Part shown: positions 30,695-40,506 of the stretch, one piece after another
How the letters are laid out: every line of letters begins with the position of its first letter
Position numbering within the stretch: position 1 is the first letter of the stretch
Source of the DNA: Candidatus Eiseniibacteriota bacterium
GTDB taxonomy: Bacteria > Eisenbacteria > RBG-16-71-46 > CAIMUX01 > VGJL01
Reading direction: 5' to 3'
Length of the DNA stretch: 64,000 nucleotides
Assembly (NCBI GenBank): GCA_963792585.1
Contig: CAWBWI010000006.1
Span: forward strand, 384,001-448,000
Notes under the pieces: model-generated
The model's database searches: none
What the model was told of the DNA's origin: nothing
The model's input: the letters and a program-made list of their open reading frames with translations, nothing else
Program-made: the position numbers and the translations under genes

Positions 30695-33600
30695 ATGGCG
30701 AAGAGCCCGCGACGCGCAGTGCTGGCGGCAGCCTGCTTCATCGTTCTGGCGGTTCTCTTCCCGTCCTGCACGGAGAAGACAGGACCGACCGAGCCCGAGC
30801 GCGACCCGATCTGCCGGCTCGCGCCCGACACCCTCACTTTCGGCACGGTCGCCGTCGGCGAGACCGTCGATCGGTCCTTCACGATCACGAATGCGGGCGG
30901 GGGAAGCCTCACGGGGACCATCGCTCCCGGCTGCGACGCTTTCTCCATCGCCGCCGGCGGGGAAGCGTACACGCTCGGGGCAGGTGAATTTCGAACGGTT
31001 CGGGTTCGCTTCAGGCCAACTTCCACAGGACCGGCGACCTGCTCGATCGATGCGGGCTCCGCGTGCGGAGGGATCTTCTGCCGGGGAACGGGAGGCGATC
31101 CTCCGCCCGCCTGCACGATCGATCCCGCGAGCCTCGATTTCGGAGAGGTGGGGCGGGGCGAGACCGCCGCGCGCACCTTCACGATCCGCAACTCGGGCGG
31201 CGGAACGCTGAGCGGGACGGTTACCTGCCCCTGCGACGTCTTCAGCCTCGACAGCCCGTCGCACCCGTTCAGCCTCGCCGCCGGCGCCGCCGACACCGTG
31301 ACCGTCTACTTCTCTCCGACCGGCTGTGGGACACGAACCTGCACCCTATCCACCGGCGTGGCCGGATGCCCCACGATTTCCTGCTCCGGCGCCAGCGAGG
31401 GGACGGGCTGCGCACTCTCGACGACGACGCTCGAATTCGGTCCAGTGGCGATCGGCGCCACCGCCGACCTCAGCTTCCAGATCACGAACGAGGGCTGCGA
31501 CACCCTCTCCGGCACGGTCGGCGAAGCGTGCGGCGACTATCAGATCGTCTCCGGCTCGGGCTCTTTCATCCTCGCCCGGGACCAATCGCGATCCGTCACG
31601 GTCCGGTTCGCGCCCTCCGCCTGCGCTCCCTCGATCTGCTTGATCGAAACCGGCGGAGGAACGTGCGGCGCGGTGACCTGCACCGGATCCGGGACCGGCG
31701 GGCAATGTCTGGTCTCCCCGCCAAGCCTCGCATTCGGCTCGGTCGGCGTCGGCGCCTTCGCCGACTCGAGCTTCTCGATCCGCAACACCGGCTGCACCAC
31801 GATCGCAGGTTCGGTCGGCGCGGGGTGCGGGGACTTCACCGTGACTGCGGGAGCGGGCGACTACGCGCTCGACCCGGGAGAGTCGCGCGCGGTCACCGTG
31901 CGCTTCCGCCCGAGCGGCTGCGGCGAACGCTCCTGTGCGCTCGACCTCGGCGCAGCGCCCTGCGGTTCGGTCCTTTGCGCGGGGACGGGCGCCGGGTCGG
32001 CCTGTACGACGTCCCCCGACGCGATCGACTTCGGGACGGTGGCCGTAGGCGAGTCGGTCGACCGATCCTTCACGATTTCGAACGTGGGGTGCGAAGCGAT
32101 CGCGGGGAACATCACCGAAGCATGCGCCGACGTCTCGATCCAGAGCGGAGGAGGACCGTACAGCCTCGCCCCCGGCGGATCGCGGACGGTCAGCGTGCGC
32201 TTCCGACCGACCGGCGCCGGCGAGATCGCCTGCACGATCGAGACGGGCGCGCCGTCGTGTCCCGGGGTCGTCTGTACGGGCGAGGGCGGCGCGGCGACAT
32301 GCAACCTCGATCCTCCCGCCCTCGAATTCGGGGCGGTTCAGAACGGCAGCTATCGGGACCTCGCGCTGCGGATCGAGAACAACGGAACGGAGACCCTGAG
32401 CGGATCGATCCCTCCCTCCTGCGGGGACTTCGAGGTGATCGACGGCAGCGGCGACTACGCGATCCTCCCAGGAGAGGCGCGCAATCTGGTCGTCCGTTTC
32501 CATGCGTCCGCCTGCGGCCCCTTTGCGTGCAGCCTCGATCTGGGCAACGCGCTCTGTGAGAGTGTCGAGTGCACGGGGACGAGCGGAGGGTCCGCCTGCT
32601 CGGTGACTCCAAATCCGCTCGACTTCGGCGCCATCCCCGTCGGCTCATCGTTGGATCGATCCTTCACCATCACCAACGATGGGTGCGAGACCCTTGCCGG
32701 CGCTGTTTCCGACACATGCGGCGCATTCGAGATCGTCGCGGGCGGCGGCGAACTCCAACTCGCTCCGGGCGCTTCGCGCGTGGTCACCGTGCGCTTCACA
32801 CCCGCCGATTGCTCGATCCAAGCCTGTTCGATCGCGACCGGAAACGATCTCTGCGGCGCGGTCGCCTGCACGGGTTCAGGACTCGCGGCATCCTGTTCCC
32901 TTACGCCCGCGACACTCGACTTCGGCGAGGTTCCACTCGGCGATCAGGCCGAGCTTCCGTTCCGGATCCGCAATACCGGCTGCGCCTCCCTTGATGGGAC
33001 GATCGCCCTTACCTGCCCCGACTACTCCCTCCCCGCCGGCGAGGGCGACTATTCCCTGGCCCCCGGCGAAGAAATGGAGGTGACCGTCCGGTTCCGCCCG
33101 AGCGAGTGCGGTCCGCAAGACTGCACCGTCACGACGGGCGTCACGGACTGCCCTGGGGTGGCGTGCTCAGGAGCGGGCAGCGGAACCGCGTGCGTCCTCG
33201 ACCCCGCGGAAATCTCGTTCGGGTCCGTCGCCGTCGGTCAGACGAAGGATCTCTCCTTCCAGATTCGCAACACGGGGTGCGACGCGATCTCGGGCTCCGT
33301 TTCCGAGGTCTGCGAAGCGTTCACGCTCGTCTCCGGCGGCGGCGACTACGAGCTCGCCCCGGGCGAGTCGCGCGACGTCACCGTCCGCTTCGCCCCGACG
33401 GATTGCGGCCCGAAGTCCTGTGACGTTCAGACGGGGTTCGCGAGCTGCCCGACCGTGGCGTGCTCGGGATCGAGCGATGTGCCGGATTGCTCCTTGTCGC
33501 TGCCGTCCCTCGAGTTCGGCACGGTCGCGCTGGGCCAGTCGGTGGACCGGAGCTTCTCGATCGCCAACGACGGCTGCGGGATCCTGACCGGCCAGGTCGC

Positions 33601-35203
33601 CGAGGGTTGCGCCGACTACGCGATCGTGGGCGGCGGAGGAAGCTTCCAGATTCCCGCCGGCCAGTCCCGCCAGGTGACCGTGCGGTTCACACCCACGGCA
33701 TGTGGTCCCCGTCCCTGCACGATTACGACCGGCGCGCCGGCATGCGGCGATGTGGCCTGCGCGGGCATCGGGGCCGGGCAGTCCTGCCAGGTGTTCCCGA
33801 CGACCCTCGACTTCGGCACGGTCGCGCTCGGTCGGTCGGCCGATCTGGATTTCAAGATCACCAACGCCGGGTGTGAATCGATCAGCGGCACGGTCGCGGA
33901 AACCTGCGCCGATTACTCTCTGGTCTCGGGCGGCGGAGCGTATCTGCTTTCGCCGGGGGAGGAGCGCACCGTGACCGTGCGCTTCGCGCCTGGAGGGTGC
34001 GGCACCCGGGGCTGCACGATCACCACCGGAGCGGCGGGGTGCGCAAACGTGAGCGCAACTGGAATCGGCGGCGGGACGGTCTGCTCGCTCGATCCACCGT
34101 CCCTCGCCTTCGGGGACATTCCCGTCGGCGGCTCGGCGACCCGGCAGTTCTCGATCCGGAACGACGGTTGCACGATCATCAGCGGAGCGGTCAGCGCGAC
34201 CTGCGTCGACTACACGATTGCAGCCGGCGACGGTGCCTTCGACCTCTCGCCCGGGGAGTCGCACGACGTCACCGTGCGCTTCTCCCCCACCGGTTGTGGA
34301 GCGCACCCGTGCACGATCGCCACGGGCTCGACCTCGTGCGAAGACGTACCGTGCACGGGCAGCGGCAGCGGCACCCTGTGTACCGTCACGCCAACTCTGC
34401 TCGACTTCGGATCCGCGCCGGTGGGCGACTTCGTGGATCGATCGTTCACGATACGAAACGACGGCTGTGATCGGATCCTGGGCGCGGTCGGCGAGTTGTG
34501 CGCCGACTTCTCAATTCCGTCGGGTGGTGGCCCGTACGACCTGGGAGCGGGCGAGAGCCTGCGAGTGACGGTCCGCTTCCAGCCGTCCACTCCCGGCGAA
34601 AAGGCCTGCACGGTGGAAACGGGTAGCGGCGCCTGCGCCGATGTTTCCTGCGTGGGGCTCGCCTGCCCAACCTCGCCGGTGACCCTCTTCGCGACCATGG
34701 ATGCGACGATCCGATCCGGCGCGCCCGATCAGAACGGTTGCCTCGAGCCCCTCCTCCATGTCGGCGTCGAGACCGGCGGAGGGGAGGAGGAGCGGGCGCT
34801 GTTTTCCTTTGATCTGGGCCAGATCCCGCCGGGCGCGATCGTGACCGACGTGTTACTGGCCGCCTACGAGGACGGCTGCGACCCCGTCCCCGTGACGGGG
34901 CGCGTGGCGAGCGACCTCTTGCTCCTGGAGGACGCGTGGGATGAGTGCTCCGTGACCTGGAGCAACGCGCCTGGAAGCGCGAGCCTGTCCTGCTCGGGCA
35001 CCTTCTTCTGCGACATCCCCGGGTACTATTTCTACACGTGCGGTTCGCTGGCGTCGGCGATCCAGGGCTGGATCGCCGATCCCTCCACGAATCACGGGCT
35101 CGCGATCGCGCCGACGAGCGCGCAGGACGGCGCCGCGACCCTGCTGTCGCGCCGTTTTGGCTCGAACGCGCCGCAATTGAAGGTCTGGTTCACCTGCCCG
35201 TGA
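30695..35203 (+). CDS. Large lipoprotein: 13 tandem Cys-rich ASH/choice-of-anchor-D-like Ig repeats plus a C-terminal DNRLRE-like domain
   Basis: Lipobox LFPSC; repeats C.L.P..L.FG.V..G....F.I.N.G...V.V.F.P; C-terminal DATI..ALFSFDL..IP..A..W....TW..HGL..PQL. Confidence 0.8.
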   Translation: MAKSPRRAVLAAACFIVLAVLFPSCTEKTGPTEPERDPICRLAPDTLTFGTVAVGETVDRSFTITNAGGGSLTGTIAPGCDAFSIAAGGEAYTLGAGEFRTVRVRFRPTSTGPATCSIDAGSACGGIFCRGTGGDPPPACTIDPASLDFGEVGRGETAARTFTIRNSGGGTLSGTVTCPCDVFSLDSPSHPFSLAAGAADTVTVYFSPTGCGTRTCTLSTGVAGCPTISCSGASEGTGCALSTTTLEFGPVAIGATADLSFQITNEGCDTLSGTVGEACGDYQIVSGSGSFILARDQSRSVTVRFAPSACAPSICLIETGGGTCGAVTCTGSGTGGQCLVSPPSLAFGSVGVGAFADSSFSIRNTGCTTIAGSVGAGCGDFTVTAGAGDYALDPGESRAVTVRFRPSGCGERSCALDLGAAPCGSVLCAGTGAGSACTTSPDAIDFGTVAVGESVDRSFTISNVGCEAIAGNITEACADVSIQSGGGPYSLAPGGSRTVSVRFRPTGAGEIACTIETGAPSCPGVVCTGEGGAATCNLDPPALEFGAVQNGSYRDLALRIENNGTETLSGSIPPSCGDFEVIDGSGDYAILPGEARNLVVRFHASACGPFACSLDLGNALCESVECTGTSGGSACSVTPNPLDFGAIPVGSSLDRSFTITNDGCETLAGAVSDTCGAFEIVAGGGELQLAPGASRVVTVRFTPADCSIQACSIATGNDLCGAVACTGSGLAASCSLTPATLDFGEVPLGDQAELPFRIRNTGCASLDGTIALTCPDYSLPAGEGDYSLAPGEEMEVTVRFRPSECGPQDCTVTTGVTDCPGVACSGAGSGTACVLDPAEISFGSVAVGQTKDLSFQIRNTGCDAISGSVSEVCEAFTLVSGGGDYELAPGESRDVTVRFAPTDCGPKSCDVQTGFASCPTVACSGSSDVPDCSLSLPSLEFGTVALGQSVDRSFSIANDGCGILTGQVAEGCADYAIVGGGGSFQIPAGQSRQVTVRFTPTACGPRPCTITTGAPACGDVACAGIGAGQSCQVFPTTLDFGTVALGRSADLDFKITNAGCESISGTVAETCADYSLVSGGGAYLLSPGEERTVTVRFAPGGCGTRGCTITTGAAGCANVSATGIGGGTVCSLDPPSLAFGDIPVGGSATRQFSIRNDGCTIISGAVSATCVDYTIAAGDGAFDLSPGESHDVTVRFSPTGCGAHPCTIATGSTSCEDVPCTGSGSGTLCTVTPTLLDFGSAPVGDFVDRSFTIRNDGCDRILGAVGELCADFSIPSGGGPYDLGAGESLRVTVRFQPSTPGEKACTVETGSGACADVSCVGLACPTSPVTLFATMDATIRSGAPDQNGCLEPLLHVGVETGGGEEERALFSFDLGQIPPGAIVTDVLLAAYEDGCDPVPVTGRVASDLLLLEDAWDECSVTWSNAPGSASLSCSGTFFCDIPGYYFYTCGSLASAIQGWIADPSTNHGLAIAPTSAQDGAATLLSRRFGSNAPQLKVWFTCP

Positions 35204-35212
35204 GGCGGGAGG

Positions 35213-36031
35213 TCAATCGGTCAGGAGCTGCACGGCAATCGTCTTCTTCTCGCCGTTCCGGAAGTACTCGAGAGCGACCTTCTTGCCCTGATTTGCCACG
35301 ACAGCGTCGAAGAACTGGTCCGGGTCGAAAACGTCGAGGTCCGCAATGCGGGTGAGGATGTCGCCGCGAAGGATATCGCTCTGAAATGCGGGAGAGCGCC
35401 TGATCACCGCACGGACCGATACGCCCCGATTCGATTGCAATTGCTGTCTTTCCCTCTCATCGAGAGCGGCGACGAGAACGCCGAAGATCGGCGGTTTCGA
35501 CTTGGCCCAGTAGGTCGCAGCATAGTCGTAATAATCGGTCGTCTCCGGGATGTACTGGGTGCGGAACTCCCCCTCGATGACCTTCGTGGTTTCACGCTCC
35601 CACATCTGACCTGCATTCGGGCCGCCCTGGACCACACCGGTTTCCGTGGTCGTGATCTCGCGATCCGGAATCCACACGCTCATCGGCACCGCCTCGGTGA
35701 GGCTGGTCGCGTGCCTCTGCGCAACCAGGATGACCGAAGCGCCGATCTCCTCGGACACCTTGCGGGCCAGCTTCGGATCGACTTCCGGGCTCCGGAAGAC
35801 GGAACGCCCCAGAAGCAGGTAACCGTCCTCCATCATTCGGATCGCGTCTCTTCTCATATCGTTCGATGTGACGATCTTGGCCGGTCCTTCGGGCGCGAGG
35901 AGGCGCCCCACCTCACCGCTCGGCCACCTCTCCAGGCTGCTCGTGTACGACTTGCGGAATGGGTTCGCGCACGCGCAAACGACGAGCAGGATGAGCAGGC
36001 ACCCCCCCAGAAACTTCGGCGGTCTTGGCAT
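35213..36031 (-). CDS. PDZ-domain lipoprotein
   Basis: Lipobox-like VVCAC; PDZ IFGV...GVSVRAVIRRSPA..DILRGDIL; RBS GGAGG before 36031. Confidence 0.75.
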   Translation of the reverse strand: MPRPPKFLGGCLLILLVVCACANPFRKSYTSSLERWPSGEVGRLLAPEGPAKIVTSNDMRRDAIRMMEDGYLLLGRSVFRSPEVDPKLARKVSEEIGASVILVAQRHATSLTEAVPMSVWIPDREITTTETGVVQGGPNAGQMWERETTKVIEGEFRTQYIPETTDYYDYAATYWAKSKPPIFGVLVAALDERERQQLQSNRGVSVRAVIRRSPAFQSDILRGDILTRIADLDVFDPDQFFDAVVANQGKKVALEYFRNGEKKTIAVQLLTD

Positions 36032-36194
36032 GGGGAAAACCTCCAGCTTCATCGGACGATCACCACGATCGGACCGAACCACGCGATAGTAGCAGCACGC
36101 CCATCTCCGTCAAGGCACGGGTTGGGGGCCCACGGGTCCGCGTTTGCGACGCTTTACGAGGCAGAGACGATCGCCGCGGCCGGCCCGGGAGGGG

Positions 36195-36224
36195 TTGCGC
36201 ACTCCCCGCTCCTCCCGGTAAACT
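36195..36224 (+). promoter_or_regulatory. Sigma70 promoter for the lat leader
   Basis: TTGCGC-N18-TAAACT. Confidence 0.5.
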
Positions 36225-36263
36225 TGACCTGGGTCGGTTTCGATCCCGCCTGGAGAACGAACC

Positions 36264-36323
36264 ATGTCACGCCGCATCCAGATCATCCTGCGCGTTGTCG
36301 CGCTTGTCTTCGGGAGCACGTAA
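36264..36323 (+). CDS. Candidate leader peptide MSRRIQIILRVVALVFGST
   Basis: RBS GGAGA at 36252; 8 of 19 residues I/L/V; followed by an anti-SD for lat. Confidence 0.55.
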   Translation: MSRRIQIILRVVALVFGST

Positions 36324-36388
36324 ACCCGCTCCTTCCGCACCCCCGTATTCTGTAACTCATTTCGTTTCAAGCCGGAAGGAGATGCGTC

Positions 36389-37753
36389 ATGTTTCGCACA
36401 CGGATCCCGCCCCAGGACGTCCGCGCGACCCTGAAGAAGCACATGCTGGCCGACGGTTACGATCAGATCCTCGACCTCGACAGGAGCCATGGGTCCTGGA
36501 TCGTCGACGCCCGCGATGGGCGCGAGTACGTCGACCTGTTCACATTCTATGCGGCGATGCCGCTGGGCCTGAATCACCCTAAGATGAAGACCGACGAGGT
36601 GATCCGCCACCTCGGACACGTCGCCTTGAACAAGCCGACCAACTCCGACATCTATACGACCGTCATGGCCGAATTCGTGGAGACCTTCGCGCGCGTCGCG
36701 ATCCCGGACTCGCTTCCCTATCTCTTCCTCGTCGAGGGCGGCGCGGTCGCCGTCGAGAACCTGCTCAAGATGGCCTTCGACTGGAAGGTCCGGAAAAACT
36801 TCAAGAAGGGCCTCACGGAGGAGAAGGGGCAGAAGATCATCCACTTCCGCGAGTGCTTCCACGGGCGGACGGGATACACGATGTCGATGACCGACAGCCA
36901 CGATCCGCAGAAGACCCGTTACTTCCCGAAGTTCCCCTGGCCGCGGATCACCAACCCGAAGATCACCTTCCCACTGAACGCGCACAACCTGGAGAAGGTG
37001 ATCGCCCTCGAGGCTCAGGCGATCCAGGAGATCGAGCAGGCGGTCCATGACAATCCGGACGACATAGCGGGACTCCTGATCGAGCCGATTCAGGCGGAGG
37101 GGGGCGACAACCACTTCCGTCCCGAGTTCTTCCAGAAACTGCGCCAGTTGGCGGACAAGCACGAGTTCCTGCTGCTCGTCGACGAGGTGCAGACCGGGAC
37201 GTGCATCACCGGCACTTTCTGGGCGCACACCCAGATGGGCGTCGTGGTCGACGGGCTCGCCTTCGGCAAGAAGATGCAGGTCTGCGGGATCCTCGGCGGC
37301 AAGCGACTCGACGAGGTCGACGATCACGTCTTCAAGATTTCGAGCCGGATCAACTCGACTTGGGGCGGCAACCTCGTCGACATGGCGCGCAGCCGGCTGC
37401 ACCTGGAGATCATCGAGGAAGAGAAGATCATGGAGCACGTGCAGGTCGAGGGAACCTATCTCCTCTCCCGCCTTCACGAGATAGAGAAGGAGCTTCCCGG
37501 GGTGATCTCGAACGTGCGCGGGCGCGGCCTGGTCTGCGCGTTCGACCTCGAGGACGGAGCCGTACGAAAAGAAGTCCTGAACGCAGGGCTCGCCGAGGGG
37601 GTCTTCTGCCTCGGCTGCGGCAACCGCTCGATCCGATTCAGACCAGCGCTCAACATTCCCCATGACGTTCTCGAGGAGGGTCTCGTCCGCCTCACGCGCG
37701 CCCTGCACAAGGTCGCGAAGCTGCACCCCGCTGCGGGCGCAGTCAAGGGATGA
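36389..37753 (+). CDS. lat: L-lysine 6-transaminase (class III aminotransferase)
   Basis: NKPTNSDIYT, GGAVAVEN..K.AFDWKV, FHGRTGYT, EPIQAEGGDNH, DEVQTG, FGKK, INSTWGG. Confidence 0.9.
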   Translation: MFRTRIPPQDVRATLKKHMLADGYDQILDLDRSHGSWIVDARDGREYVDLFTFYAAMPLGLNHPKMKTDEVIRHLGHVALNKPTNSDIYTTVMAEFVETFARVAIPDSLPYLFLVEGGAVAVENLLKMAFDWKVRKNFKKGLTEEKGQKIIHFRECFHGRTGYTMSMTDSHDPQKTRYFPKFPWPRITNPKITFPLNAHNLEKVIALEAQAIQEIEQAVHDNPDDIAGLLIEPIQAEGGDNHFRPEFFQKLRQLADKHEFLLLVDEVQTGTCITGTFWAHTQMGVVVDGLAFGKKMQVCGILGGKRLDEVDDHVFKISSRINSTWGGNLVDMARSRLHLEIIEEEKIMEHVQVEGTYLLSRLHEIEKELPGVISNVRGRGLVCAFDLEDGAVRKEVLNAGLAEGVFCLGCGNRSIRFRPALNIPHDVLEEGLVRLTRALHKVAKLHPAAGAVKG

Positions 37754-38799
37754 ACCTTCCGCCCGCAGGATCGACCGAGGTCCTGATCGAGGTGACGCGC
37801 GGCCCCGAGGTGGAGTCGATCCACCGCGGGGCCGTCGCCGTCTCCGACGCGCATGGGCGCATCGTCGCATTCGCGGGTGATCCGGAGTTGCCCGCATTCG
37901 TGCGATCCGCCGCGAAACCGTTCCAGGCGATGGGCCTCTTCGAGACTGGGGTCATGGAGCGCGCCGGGCTCACGGACGAGGAGTTGGCGATCGTCATCTC
38001 TTCGCACAGCGGCGAGCCGTTCCACCTGAAGCTCGTCGAGTCGGTGCAGCGGAAGACGGGCGTGCGGGCCGATTGGCTTCAGTGCGGCATCCATCCCCCG
38101 TTCGACCCGGTCACGCGGCGGGAGATGGCGCGCGCCGGCGTTTCGGCCACGCCGATGCACAACAACTGTTCCGGGAAACACACGGGGATGCTCGCCGTCT
38201 CGCTCGCGATGGGCGCCGCCATCGAGAGCTACATTGATCCGGACCATCCGGTGCAAGCCGGTAACCGGCGGAGGTTGGCGATGCTGGCCGGGATCCCGGC
38301 GGATGCCGTCGGTGTTGCGATCGACGGCTGCTCCGCCCCCGCATTCCGGCTCCCCCTGGGGCGCTTCGCCACGGCGATGGCGCGGCTCACGGCCGCGGGC
38401 GCGGCGGGCGCGGCGGAATCGGCGCCGGGACTCGCGGCCTGCTGGCGCGCGATGGTGGACCACCCGGATATCATCGCCGGCACACGCGAACGGCTCGACA
38501 CGCCGCTCATGCGCGCGGCGCGGGAGGCGGGCCTGCCGCTGGTCGCCAAGGCGGGAGCGGAAGGTACCTACACGATCGGCGTGCTCACTCCCGATGGACC
38601 GGTCGGGATCGCGCTGAAGGTGGAGGACGGAGGCGAGCGAGGACGCAATTCGGTCGCGATCGAGGCCCTGGCGCAACTCGGCCTCCTGACCGAATCGATG
38701 GCGGCGGCGATGCGAGAGTACCATCGCCCGCAGCTCCGCAATTTCGCAGGCCGGGATGTGGGCGAGCTTCGACCGCGCTTCGCCCTCCGTCGGCGGTGA
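37750..38799 (+). CDS. Asparaginase II family (Rhizobium-type) protein
   Basis: ESIHRG, RSAAKPFQ, SHSGEPFH, NNCSGKH, DGCSAP, KAGAEG, KVEDG. Confidence 0.88.
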   Translation: MNLPPAGSTEVLIEVTRGPEVESIHRGAVAVSDAHGRIVAFAGDPELPAFVRSAAKPFQAMGLFETGVMERAGLTDEELAIVISSHSGEPFHLKLVESVQRKTGVRADWLQCGIHPPFDPVTRREMARAGVSATPMHNNCSGKHTGMLAVSLAMGAAIESYIDPDHPVQAGNRRRLAMLAGIPADAVGVAIDGCSAPAFRLPLGRFATAMARLTAAGAAGAAESAPGLAACWRAMVDHPDIIAGTRERLDTPLMRAAREAGLPLVAKAGAEGTYTIGVLTPDGPVGIALKVEDGGERGRNSVAIEALAQLGLLTESMAAAMREYHRPQLRNFAGRDVGELRPRFALRRR

Positions 38800-38881
38800 C
38801 ATTCGCCGACAATGATGGCGATTGCGAAGGAGATCCGTCGTCGTTGACATCCGCGCCGCGAAGTCGCAATCTAATAGGTCC

Positions 38882-40446
<1,565 letters not shown>

Positions 40447-40506
40447 GGGCTGGCCTGAAAGGGCGGTCTCGGCGCATCATAGGTACGGGGTTGCCAAGGA
40501 GGACGC

